Positions 5,855 to 14,162 of a stretch of 49,844 bases of DNA are shown here, in pieces (positions within the stretch are counted from its first letter, which is position 1; every line of letters begins with the position of its first letter). The position numbers were made by a program, and so were the translations under genes. A model generated the notes under the pieces. That model saw only the letters and a list, made by a program, of their open reading frames with translations, did not search any database and had not been told where the DNA came from. This stretch comes from Candidatus Nomurabacteria bacterium (GTDB lineage Bacteria; Patescibacteriota; Minisyncoccia; Phycocordibacterales; UBA9973), in the NCBI GenBank assembly GCA_052034745.1, contig JBPOIF010000009.1, forward strand, positions 1 through 49,844. The letters are read 5' to 3'.

Positions 5855-8698
5855 ATGCCAAAAATTACTATTGCTGCGTCGCAGTTGCGACAGGCTCTGG
5901 AGGGCATTGAATGTCCTTCACCACAAAAAACAGCGCTTTGGAATGAACTCCGAAGCGGCTATCTCGACTTTGTCGTCGAGCAAATTATTCAAGGAGGTCT
6001 CGCGTCAGACGTGGTTGAATCGATTCGTTTTCTCGTAAAGCACAAAAGCGATACGAATAAAAAAACCCAAAGAGTCACTTTGGGAGATATCGATCGATCA
6101 TCTTCAAACAATGTGTTGTATAAACGCATTGATGAAAAACAAGGAAAGGAACGGTCTGCACACAATGGAGACCTTTCTCGACTCTTTGGTACTCGTGGAC
6201 ATGATGCAATTCCGAAACTTTTTTCGGGAGAACTTCTTAAATTAAGCGATCCAAAGGCAAAAGGCGCACAGATGGTTCAGCAAGAGCTTGCTCTTGGTGG
6301 TCCTGATGGAGAGATCAACTTTGATATCAAGCAAGGAAGAGCTTCGTATGAGAGTACCTCTCAAAAGCTCGTTCAGCGCCATATCAAAAAGGTGGCTTCG
6401 CTCTGGTCTCATGTTGTTCGCACAATGGCTCAGGACATGTTTCCTGCGCACACTGGGCATTACCGGGAACTTCTTGAAGCATTGCACAAAGTATTTGGGC
6501 AAGAGCTCGACAAGCTTAGTATGCTCGGGAAAAGGAGTGAACAGGCAGAGTATATGCTCTTTTTGAGCACACTTACCTGGGCGACGACTATCTTGTACTA
6601 CCAAGATTTTGGTACCAAGATTTTGTTCAAAGAAGTGAGTTTGTTTCCGTATCACTATGATGTTAGTCTCGGGCGCATCGATGCGCTTGAGGTGGTGGCG
6701 ATTCGAGGAATTCCTCCGACGCCTCCACAAAAAGAAGTGCTCAAACGCTTGGCGAGTGTTCGTTATGATTCGCTCGGACATCTGTTGTACATCCTTGTTC
6801 AGCAGTTTGGAAAAGGAATCAGTATTATCATTCACGACTGGAAATTTGCCGTCGGTGATGGAGACAATGGTGTAGGGAAGACTTTGAATATCATCCATAC
6901 AGCTGATGTTCAAAACGCTCCTATATTGAAACACAAAAATCAAATGGACAGGTATCTCTCTACAGCACCTGTTTCCTATGGTGTCATGCTTTCTGAACAC
7001 ACTGAAAACAGACGAGCATTATGGAACAACAACGACTTTGAGATTAGTGGTGCCCTGCACTACTTCTTTCCTAATCGTTTACCGATTCGCTATGACGTCG
7101 TCATGAGCAATGATGAAAAACGAGAATCGTTTGGCAGGATTGCCGCATCGTACGCAGACGCAGAGTATCGAAGGAAGTTCCTTACCGTGAGTCGTTCGTG
7201 GCTCGAGCTTGGGCTTACCCTTGCAGAACAGGGGCAATTGCAAAAGAAACAAGCCCTTGCACAACCAGCGATTCCTGGGGTGCTTGAAACAACATCTGTT
7301 GCAAAAAGTGTTCATGCTACCGGCAAGGTATCCGCGGTTCTTCGGGACTCAGTGATTCGCAATTTCATTGATGAATTTGAAATTGTTGAGCAGGTAGAAA
7401 TAAAGTCAGAATCTCGACTTTTCATGCATCTTGATGCGCTCTTTTCCGCTATTGAACAAGGCAAGGTTGCCGTTGGGAAAAATTGGGATTTTGCGACTGG
7501 AGGATTTGTATCTTGTTTCCTACCCGACCATGCACACCATGGGAAAGGAACGCCGTCTCTTAGTATTACGTACAAAAACGGAGGTTTCTTTAAGTGTTTT
7601 GGAGCGTGTGGTGCGACAGGGCATTTTGCTCTTGATTCGGTACCGAAACCTTTTGAAGGGCTGATTCAGCCTGCAAATGCTCGGTTACAAATCAAAAGTT
7701 TCAGTGATCTCGAAGCATTTCGTGTCTCTCCTCGTCACATAGAGATTATGACGAGTGCACAGCGGATATTTCAAAATCAATTTTTGGATAGCCCTGGTGC
7801 CAGGTATCTCGAACAAGAACGGAGGCTCAATCCTGAACTTTCGATGAAACACGGTGCAGGATATGCTGACGAACGATCTGTGGAGTATCTGCTCGAATCT
7901 GGTTTTACCTATGACGAACTTATTACCTTTGGATTTGTTGTGCTTTCGCACAACATCAAAGAGTACGGGAGGTATTCGACGATGGTCGACATTCTCAAAA
8001 AAAGAGGAATGTCAGTTGACCAGATTGTTCGTCCCAAAATGAAAACCGTTGATGGAAAGCCTCAAGCAGTACCAACACTTCCACTTCTTGCGCTTAACAA
8101 GCACGTGACGTATCCACTGGATATCAATCACACGGTGACCTCATTCTATGGGAGATCTGTTCCTGATCGTCCAAAAGAGTACTCCCACGTGAAGACTATT
8201 TCTCAAGGGGTGCCACAAGGAGGATACAACTTCACCAATGCGATGGAGTCTGCAATAGCAAAGGCTAGAAAGTCTAATGACACACCCATGATATTTGGGA
8301 CCGAGGCCATCATCGATGCTGACACCCAGATGCAATTTGGTGATATCAAAGAAGGAGGAGCGTTTGTCGGGATAAGGAATCGCATGCTTTGGCAAGTACT
8401 TGCCATGTTTAAGGGTGGTATCATTACTGCGCTCAATTGGGATCCATCAAATATTGTCGATGGGAAAGAGAGAGGTATGTCAGGCCAACGAGCAACTGCT
8501 GATTTTGTCGCTTTCCTCAAACAGGTTAATTTCCATTACCCAGTGTATGATTTTACACAGGAAATGATCAAAAAGGTTCCTTCCTTCAATGACATCAATC
8601 AGTACTGGAAAGAATCTTATAAAGAATATTTTGTTCATCATCGAGTGCAAAATCTCGCACGTCCTGAAATGCTCTTTTGTAAAAAACGCGTACTCTAA
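5855..8698 (+). CDS. PD-(D/E)xK (RecB/Cas4-like) nuclease domain fused to a DnaG-type primase (CHC2-like Zn finger + primase core/TOPRIM-like)
   Basis: Nuclease motifs: GRID (aa 273-276), HDWK (327-330) and QMDRY (363-367). Zn finger: CFLPDHAHHGKGTPSLSITYKNGGFFKCFGACGATGH (554-590). DnaG-like blocks: ARYLEQERRL, GAGYA, FYGRSV..KEYSHVKT and IFGTEAIIDAD. Confidence 0.7.
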   Translation: MPKITIAASQLRQALEGIECPSPQKTALWNELRSGYLDFVVEQIIQGGLASDVVESIRFLVKHKSDTNKKTQRVTLGDIDRSSSNNVLYKRIDEKQGKERSAHNGDLSRLFGTRGHDAIPKLFSGELLKLSDPKAKGAQMVQQELALGGPDGEINFDIKQGRASYESTSQKLVQRHIKKVASLWSHVVRTMAQDMFPAHTGHYRELLEALHKVFGQELDKLSMLGKRSEQAEYMLFLSTLTWATTILYYQDFGTKILFKEVSLFPYHYDVSLGRIDALEVVAIRGIPPTPPQKEVLKRLASVRYDSLGHLLYILVQQFGKGISIIIHDWKFAVGDGDNGVGKTLNIIHTADVQNAPILKHKNQMDRYLSTAPVSYGVMLSEHTENRRALWNNNDFEISGALHYFFPNRLPIRYDVVMSNDEKRESFGRIAASYADAEYRRKFLTVSRSWLELGLTLAEQGQLQKKQALAQPAIPGVLETTSVAKSVHATGKVSAVLRDSVIRNFIDEFEIVEQVEIKSESRLFMHLDALFSAIEQGKVAVGKNWDFATGGFVSCFLPDHAHHGKGTPSLSITYKNGGFFKCFGACGATGHFALDSVPKPFEGLIQPANARLQIKSFSDLEAFRVSPRHIEIMTSAQRIFQNQFLDSPGARYLEQERRLNPELSMKHGAGYADERSVEYLLESGFTYDELITFGFVVLSHNIKEYGRYSTMVDILKKRGMSVDQIVRPKMKTVDGKPQAVPTLPLLALNKHVTYPLDINHTVTSFYGRSVPDRPKEYSHVKTISQGVPQGGYNFTNAMESAIAKARKSNDTPMIFGTEAIIDADTQMQFGDIKEGGAFVGIRNRMLWQVLAMFKGGIITALNWDPSNIVDGKERGMSGQRATADFVAFLKQVNFHYPVYDFTQEMIKKVPSFNDINQYWKESYKEYFVHHRVQNLARPEMLFCKKRVL

Positions 8699-8733
8699 AT
8701 CAATGTCTATTGATAGGAGACGCGTTTTTCTTT
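8682..8733 (+). terminator. long hairpin terminator overlapping the stop codon
   Basis: aaaaacgcgtactc ... gag-acgcgttttt with an inner tcaat-gtct-attga hairpin, then a T-run. Confidence 0.6.
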
Positions 8734-8806
8734 TGACCATTTTTTTACTCCCTGTCTATCTTTACTCCGTGTTTAAAAAAGGGACAATAGAGAAAACGTT
8801 CATCAT

Positions 8807-9655
8807 ATGGGAGTACAACACGCTTTTCGAAAAAAAAGCATTTCTCTCGATACGTTGTCATTTGTCAAACCATTTAGTCACTTGTGTAAGGGGCCTGGGC
8901 GCTATACGGGAAAGCCGGTACTTATAGAGGGGTTCAGCAAGAGACCTGGAGTTTTGATTACTCGGTTCAGGAATACGAACGGGGTCGTCTCTTATCAGGT
9001 CAAATTCCACAGCTTTTCTGTTGCTCAATCTGCGAGCAGGATATATCAGTTGTTGTTAAAGAAGGGGATTACAGAAATCGAGTTTTGTCCGATTGCTTGT
9101 TCTACAAAACAGGCAGCACTATTCATTACTCGGATTCAAAAACAGCTTCGTACGCAACCACTTGATACTCATCTTGAGAAAGTACGAAATTGGTTTCGTG
9201 ATCCTCAGGCAGAAAATTTTCCTTTCGAGCAGCTCCATTTTAGAAGACCCTTTCTTGATTTTGGGACTTTTAAAAAGACCTCTTTTATTGATTATTCGCG
9301 TACTTCTGGTGTTTACCTGATTCGGGAGTATCGAGTGCTTGAGAATTCTTTTGTAACAGTCTATGTCGGGAAAAGCACGTCTGTTCTTGGAAGTCGTATT
9401 CGCAACAAGTTTTATTCCAATCCTCATTTGTTTTATAAGGATATTGAAGGGGAGTTGGAGTACCACATCTTTGCTATTGAGATCTCACCGCTTACGGTTT
9501 CTCGGAGAGAAGATCACATAAAACTTCTTGAACAGTACGAATCGGTTCTTATCAAAGTATTGCGCCCGCGGGACAACAAGCTCGGAAATCCCGATTATTT
9601 TATTCCTGAGAGTAAATGGATACCAATTGATGACGGCGAAGAGATGCCATTTTAA
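8807..9655 (+). CDS. protein with a C-terminal GIY-YIG nuclease domain and an unknown N-terminal domain
   Basis: SGVYLI (167-172), VYVGKS (185-190), SRIRN (R197), LEQYE (E242) and RDNK (N256), in GIY-YIG order. Confidence 0.65.
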   Translation: MGVQHAFRKKSISLDTLSFVKPFSHLCKGPGRYTGKPVLIEGFSKRPGVLITRFRNTNGVVSYQVKFHSFSVAQSASRIYQLLLKKGITEIEFCPIACSTKQAALFITRIQKQLRTQPLDTHLEKVRNWFRDPQAENFPFEQLHFRRPFLDFGTFKKTSFIDYSRTSGVYLIREYRVLENSFVTVYVGKSTSVLGSRIRNKFYSNPHLFYKDIEGELEYHIFAIEISPLTVSRREDHIKLLEQYESVLIKVLRPRDNKLGNPDYFIPESKWIPIDDGEEMPF

Positions 9656-9685
9656 AATCCCTATGTGAAAACAGGGATTTTTTTT
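9654..9685. terminator. bidirectional terminator shared by the GIY-YIG gene and tRNA-Ser
   Basis: aaaatccct-loop-agggatttttttt. Confidence 0.7.
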
Positions 9686-9686
9686 G

Positions 9687-9773
9687 CGGAAACGGAGAGA
9701 TTTGAACTCTCGATGAGGTTACCCCCATGCCGCGTTTCGAGTGCGGTGCCTTCAACCACTCAGCCACGTTTCC
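9687..9773 (-). tRNA. tRNA-Ser (anticodon CGA), long variable arm
   Basis: The reverse complement is GGAAACGTGGCTGAGTGGTTGAAGGCACCGCACTCGAAACGCGGCATGGGGGTAACCTCATCGAGAGTTCAAATCTCTCCGTTTCCG. The loop is CT-CGA-AA. Confidence 0.9.
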
Positions 9774-9877
9774 AATATTCTTTTCATTCATCTGGAACAC
9801 TCGCGGCTTCGTGCTTGCCACCTCGTTTGTCTATAGTATGACAACTCGGATAAAACGCAAAGCAGTTTGCCTTTTAT

Positions 9878-9902
9878 CCACTCAGCCACGTTTCCAATAT
9901 TC
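9878..9902 (-). repeat. 25-bp perfect duplicate of the tRNA-Ser 5' end plus 7 nt of upstream flank
   Basis: ccactcagccacgtttccaatattc at 9878-9902 equals 9756-9780. Confidence 0.85.
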
Positions 9903-9909
9903 CTTCTAT

Positions 9910-10857
9910 TTACTTTGTTGTTTTGATCCAGATGTAGATATCCTCAAGTGCCTTGATAGCATCACCTGTTGCGATATTGTTCTGATGATATCTGCCATCT
10001 GTACAATCACCCGCAGCCCAAAGTCCGAGTATATCGGTTCGCTGGTTTGTCGGGTCGACAACGATGGTACCTGTTTCTGTGCGCTTGGCAAGACCTTCCA
10101 CAAGTTCTGTGTTTGGGAGCTGTCCGATCTCGACAAAGATACCACTGACAGTGAGTTTGTGCTCTTCGTCAGAATCTTTGACTTTATAGGTGAGCCCGTC
10201 GACAAACTGCTCTCCGGTGACACCCGTAAGTTCTGCATGTGTGATGACGGCAATTTTTGGGTTGTTCTGCACCATGGTGACTGTGATCGGGTCGGCACGG
10301 AAATTGTCAGAGCGGTGAATCAGCGTCACTTCACTTGCGTATTGTGCGAGCTGGATAGCGGCTTCAAATGCAGCATTGCCTCCACCGATGACCGCAACAG
10401 GCATTCCTCCAAAGAGTGGCCCGTCACAGGTCGCACAGTACATGATGCCTTTATGGTCGAGCTGTGCGGCTCCAGGAGCCTCGAGCTTGCGATGTCTGCT
10501 CCCGGTGGCTATGAGGACCGCACGCGCGTTGATAGTGCTCCCATCGCTCGCCTGGAGGGCAAAAGCAGCACCTTCTTTGGTGATGGTGGTGATTTTGAGA
10601 CCCGTTGAGAGGGTGACGGTACCCTTTTCTCCTGCTTTTTCGGGCGTGTATTCTTCGACGTGTTTTTTGAGGGATTGCGCAAGCTCTGTTCCTCCAATAG
10701 CAGGAGTACCGATCCAGTTGTAGATAGTCTCAGAGACGGCAGATTGACCACCGATCTCTTCGGCGATCATGATTGTTTTTAGTTGTTTGCGTCCAGCATA
10801 GACAGCAGCGCCGCATGCCGCAGGGCCGCCTCCGATGATTGCGAGTTCGTATTGCAT
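9910..10857 (-). CDS. trxB: thioredoxin-disulfide reductase family flavoprotein
   Basis: IIGGGPAACGAAVYA FAD motif, redox CATC, and a second Rossmann motif GGGNAAFEAA..HRSDNFRA. Confidence 0.9.
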   Translation of the reverse strand: MQYELAIIGGGPAACGAAVYAGRKQLKTIMIAEEIGGQSAVSETIYNWIGTPAIGGTELAQSLKKHVEEYTPEKAGEKGTVTLSTGLKITTITKEGAAFALQASDGSTINARAVLIATGSRHRKLEAPGAAQLDHKGIMYCATCDGPLFGGMPVAVIGGGNAAFEAAIQLAQYASEVTLIHRSDNFRADPITVTMVQNNPKIAVITHAELTGVTGEQFVDGLTYKVKDSDEEHKLTVSGIFVEIGQLPNTELVEGLAKRTETGTIVVDPTNQRTDILGLWAAGDCTDGRYHQNNIATGDAIKALEDIYIWIKTTK

Positions 10858-10884
10858 AGCCGGTAGTATAACAGAACGAGTAAT

Positions 10885-10923
10885 TAGCTTCTAGCTTTTA
10901 GCTGCTCGCGTCTAGTATTTAGC
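10885..10923 (+). repeat. heptad array (TAGCNNN)x6
   Basis: TAGCTTC TAGCTTT TAGCTGC TCGCGTC TAGTATT TAGC with a strict 7-bp period. Confidence 0.8.
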
Positions 10924-10949
10924 AAAAAATCCCTGCGAGGGGATTTTTT
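10924..10949. terminator. bidirectional terminator downstream of ftsZ
   Basis: aaaaaatccc-tgcgag-gggatttttt. Confidence 0.7.
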
Positions 10950-10950
10950 G

Positions 10951-10987
10951 CTTTCAGCTAGCTAACTAGTTGCTAATAGCTAGTGGC
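10951..10987 (-). repeat. CTAG-rich degenerate array
   Basis: cagctagctaactagttgctaatagctagtggc. On the minus strand, TAG triplets fall in all three frames just after the ftsZ stop. Confidence 0.6.
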
Positions 10988-10991
10988 TGGC

Positions 10992-12161
10992 TTATTTTTT
11001 ATTTCTTCGAAGAAAGGCCGGGATCGCACCGTACTTATCGAGATCTTCATCGCTCACTTCGCCGTCGAGGAGTTCTGCATCTGCTGGCTTGTCCGCCTTT
11101 TGAATCATCGGTTTATTTTCTAAATCGATTGTTGGAGGAGGAGTAGGGCGTTGGAATGCTTGTTGTGCTGAAGAAAAGAGAGTTGATTTCTTTGAGTTTT
11201 CATTTGGAAAACCGGTGGCAATGACGGTTATCTTGAGTTCACCTTTTTTCATCCGTTCGTCAGAGATAGTACCGATGATGACGCGAGCGTCTTTGTCGAT
11301 CGATTCGGTGATGACTTTTGCTGCGTCTTGAAATTCTGCCATGGTGAGGTCGTCATTTGATGATATCGCAAAGAGGACACCTCGGGCACCGTTGATAGAG
11401 ATATCGAGGAGGGGAGAGTTGATAGCTTGGATCGCTGCTTTTTCAGCGCGACCTTCACCTGCGGCAACACCGACACCCATGAGCGCGGTTCCTGCATCAA
11501 GGAGCACGCTTTTCATGTCAGCAAAGTCGACGTTGATGATCCCTGGTGAGGAGATGAGTTCAGAGATACCCTCGACTGCTTGGAGGAGGACCTCGTCACA
11601 TTTTGCAAAGGCGTCTTTGAAAGTGGTGTCCTTTCCTGCGATTGCAAGGAGTCGGTCGTTTGGAATGACGATGATCGCATCAACTTCTTTTTCGAGATCT
11701 TCGATACCTTGTTCTGCGATCTTCATGCGCTGGTTTCCTTCGAAGAAGAAGGGTTTGGTTACTACCGCAACGGTGAGGATGTCTTGTTCTTTTGCTGCGC
11801 GTGCAATGATAGGAGCGCCACCAGTACCAGTGCCACCTCCCATACCGCAGGCAATAAAGACCATGTCAGCACCTTTGATTGCGTCTTGGATCTCTGCCTT
11901 GGTTTCTTCAGCAGCACGAGCCCCAATCTCTGGGTTCATTCCTGCTCCGAGACCCTTGGTGAGGTTCTTGCCAAGGTGGATTTTCTTTTCCGCCTGGGAC
12001 TTGTGAAGGTCTTGGACGTCGGTGTTCATCGCGATGAACTCGACGCTCTTGACCTTGTTATTTATCATGTGGTTTATAGCGTTGCCGCCAGATCCACCGC
12101 AGCCAACCACTTTGATGCGTGCTGCAGTTTCTATTTCTGGATTAATTTTTGCCATACTCAA
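10992..12161 (-). CDS. ftsZ: cell division GTPase FtsZ
   Basis: GGGTGTGGAPIIA tubulin signature and NTDVQDL. 389 aa. Confidence 0.96.
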   Translation of the reverse strand: MSMAKINPEIETAARIKVVGCGGSGGNAINHMINNKVKSVEFIAMNTDVQDLHKSQAEKKIHLGKNLTKGLGAGMNPEIGARAAEETKAEIQDAIKGADMVFIACGMGGGTGTGGAPIIARAAKEQDILTVAVVTKPFFFEGNQRMKIAEQGIEDLEKEVDAIIVIPNDRLLAIAGKDTTFKDAFAKCDEVLLQAVEGISELISSPGIINVDFADMKSVLLDAGTALMGVGVAAGEGRAEKAAIQAINSPLLDISINGARGVLFAISSNDDLTMAEFQDAAKVITESIDKDARVIIGTISDERMKKGELKITVIATGFPNENSKKSTLFSSAQQAFQRPTPPPTIDLENKPMIQKADKPADAELLDGEVSDEDLDKYGAIPAFLRRNKK

Positions 12162-12293
12162 CTCTCTTTAATTGGTATGAGGGTATCTTAGCAGAACGGC
12201 GCCGAAGCGCAATGGAAACAAAAATTTGCCAAGAGGGGATTGACTGATACAAAATCTCGTGTCGTTAAAAAATAATAAAAAATAGAAGCACTA

Positions 12294-13472
12294 CTACGGC
12301 ATCAATTGTTTGAAAAAGTTTTTGATGACGCCGATAAATCCATCGCTATCAAGTGATGATGCTGTGCTTGTTCCTTTGCCTTGTGACAGATGTGTTGGAT
12401 CTCCGACCGCAACTCCATACGCACTCACGAGTCGCCCATCTTTGAGAGGACCTTTGATGCTTGGGATATCGAGGTGTACTACTTTGACCGGAATCTTGAG
12501 CATCGTTTTTGCAACTTGTTCAATCATTGGGAGATTGCTTCCTGCACCAACGAGCATTGCTCCTGCAGGCAAGAGTCCACTCCGACCAATCTTCTTAAAG
12601 TATTTGTCGACGAGTTCAAAAATGTCAGTGAGACGAGCTTCGATGATCTCATCGAGTTTCTTTTTTGGAATTGATTGGAAACTAACGACACCACATTTGA
12701 GTGATTCGGCTTCTTCGGGAGTGATGCGCAGTCCGAGCGCGATATCTTTGGTGACATCGAGTGATCCGATACCAAAGACATGGAGCGAGGTGATGGTGTT
12801 GTTTTCAAAAACTGATACCGATACGGTTTCGGCGCCGATATCGATGAGTGCACAGCCAAAATTGCGCTGAAGGTCAGACAGAAGTAGTTTCTCCGCAGCG
12901 ATAGGTGTTGCAGTAAAGCCGGTCACTTTGACACCCGCATCATTGACGACGCCGATGATGTCATCGAGGTGTTGCTCGAGGATCGTGACAAAGAGTGTGC
13001 GCACTTCGATCTTGCCCCCCGTGATTCCTTCTGGACGAGTCGGGAGTTCTTTTCCATCAACTTTGAAGCTCGTAGGAAATGCGTGGATGATCGCCTTGTT
13101 TTTGAGTTCGAGTTGCATCTCTGCTTCGGCGATAGCCTTTTCGATATCAAATCGACTGACGATACTATCGGCACGACTGACGACAGCAGTCCCTGTTGAT
13201 GCTTCGCAGGCAAGTCCTACACCGCCGATACAGAGGGTCGCTTGTCGAATGCGAGTGTTGCTTTCTTTTTCGGCATCTTTGATTGCCTTGCGGAGTGCGT
13301 TTGCAACCTCTTCTCGATGGAGGACATATCCATGGCGCACTCCACGTGTTTCCGCGATACCCACGCCAAGAACAATCGGGAGTTTTCCTCCTTGGGATTC
13401 TGTGCTCGTGACGACCACTTTGATAAGTGATGAGCCTATATCAATACCGACTGATGTGTTGTGTTTTGCCAT
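12294..13472 (-). CDS. ftsA: cell division protein FtsA
   Basis: Actin-fold motifs VGIDIGSSLIKVVV, ALIDIGAETVSV and LVGAGSNLP. Directly upstream of ftsZ. Confidence 0.9.
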   Translation of the reverse strand: MAKHNTSVGIDIGSSLIKVVVTSTESQGGKLPIVLGVGIAETRGVRHGYVLHREEVANALRKAIKDAEKESNTRIRQATLCIGGVGLACEASTGTAVVSRADSIVSRFDIEKAIAEAEMQLELKNKAIIHAFPTSFKVDGKELPTRPEGITGGKIEVRTLFVTILEQHLDDIIGVVNDAGVKVTGFTATPIAAEKLLLSDLQRNFGCALIDIGAETVSVSVFENNTITSLHVFGIGSLDVTKDIALGLRITPEEAESLKCGVVSFQSIPKKKLDEIIEARLTDIFELVDKYFKKIGRSGLLPAGAMLVGAGSNLPMIEQVAKTMLKIPVKVVHLDIPSIKGPLKDGRLVSAYGVAVGDPTHLSQGKGTSTASSLDSDGFIGVIKNFFKQLMP

Positions 13473-13475
13473 TCA

Positions 13476-13871
13476 TTAAGAAAAAAGCGCAAGCAATTGT
13501 TTTTCCTTACGTTCCATTGTACCGCTATGTGCGTATCCTTTCAAATGAAGCATGCTATGGATAACTAAAAAAGTGACATATTTTTCGATCGGCATGTCCC
13601 ATGAACGGTACTGCAGGCGAATTGCAGGGAGGCAGAGGATGATCTCTCCACTTTTTTTTGAAAGTGAAAAAGACAATGTGTTGGGTGTGTATTCTTTTGC
13701 GCGATGGTTGATGTTGAGGGCGCGTGCTTCTTTTGCAGGAATAAATGCGATGGAGAGTTCATAATCGGTTCCGAGTATTTTGTTCTTGATATCCAAAAAA
13801 GGCACTCTCTGGATAGGCTTTGGGAGAGTGCCTTTTGCGGTGACGGTGAGGTTGTGATAATCAAACGTCAT
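13476..13871 (-). CDS. ybeY: rRNA maturation endoribonuclease YbeY
   Basis: IHSMLHLKGYAH matches the HxxxHxxGYxH zinc motif. 131 aa. Confidence 0.8.
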   Translation of the reverse strand: MTFDYHNLTVTAKGTLPKPIQRVPFLDIKNKILGTDYELSIAFIPAKEARALNINHRAKEYTPNTLSFSLSKKSGEIILCLPAIRLQYRSWDMPIEKYVTFLVIHSMLHLKGYAHSGTMERKEKQLLALFS

Positions 13872-13886
13872 ATGGTTTCTGGATGA

Positions 13887-14111
13887 TTACATCTTTCCAA
13901 GCTTTTTGAGGCGTTCGACTTCTGTGCGTCGAGCGAGTCGTCGGAGCGCCATGTTCTTTTGGGAGAGCTTTGAGAGGTCTCGTTGGTTATAACGCTGACC
14001 CTTCACCTTTTGGATGATTCCAGATTCTTGCATTTTGCGAGAAAAACGGCGGACGAGTGAAAGTCCGTTTTCGTGACCTGTTTTTTTGATTTCTACGTTG
14101 ATCATTGGCAT
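13887..14111 (-). CDS. rpsU: 30S ribosomal protein S21
   Basis: MPMINVEIKK..LSLVRRFSRKMQESGII..RYNQRDLSK..RR resembles bS21. The start is placed at MPMINV, as in other S21 proteins. Confidence 0.8.
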   Translation of the reverse strand: MPMINVEIKKTGHENGLSLVRRFSRKMQESGIIQKVKGQRYNQRDLSKLSQKNMALRRLARRTEVERLKKLGKM

Positions 14112-14162
14112 GAGCCTATAAGATACCACAGCTCGCCTTGAGTGGCAAGCACGCCTGGGTGC

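Noticed and set aside
6242-7000. Minus-strand 252-aa ORF inside the nuclease-primase gene
   Set aside because: The plus frame is uninterrupted for 947 codons with ordered nuclease and primase motifs. The minus ORF has no signals or motifs.
9600-9821. 73-aa minus-strand ORF
   Set aside because: It is simply the translation of tRNA-Ser and its flanks. Likewise, ORF 5377..5751 (+) spans tRNA-Val and its promoter.
9727-10723. Plus-strand ORFs of 293 aa (9727..10608) and 115 aa (10376..10723)
   Set aside because: They are antisense shadows of trxB. Their composition is low-complexity and Cys/Arg-rich with no motifs, whereas the minus-strand frame carries complete TrxB motifs.
11341-13479. Several plus-strand ORFs (221, 203, 186 and 183 aa) opposite ftsZ and ftsA
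   Set aside because: They are antisense to unmistakable FtsZ and FtsA frames. Their Ser/Pro/Ala-rich translations are typical of shadow ORFs.
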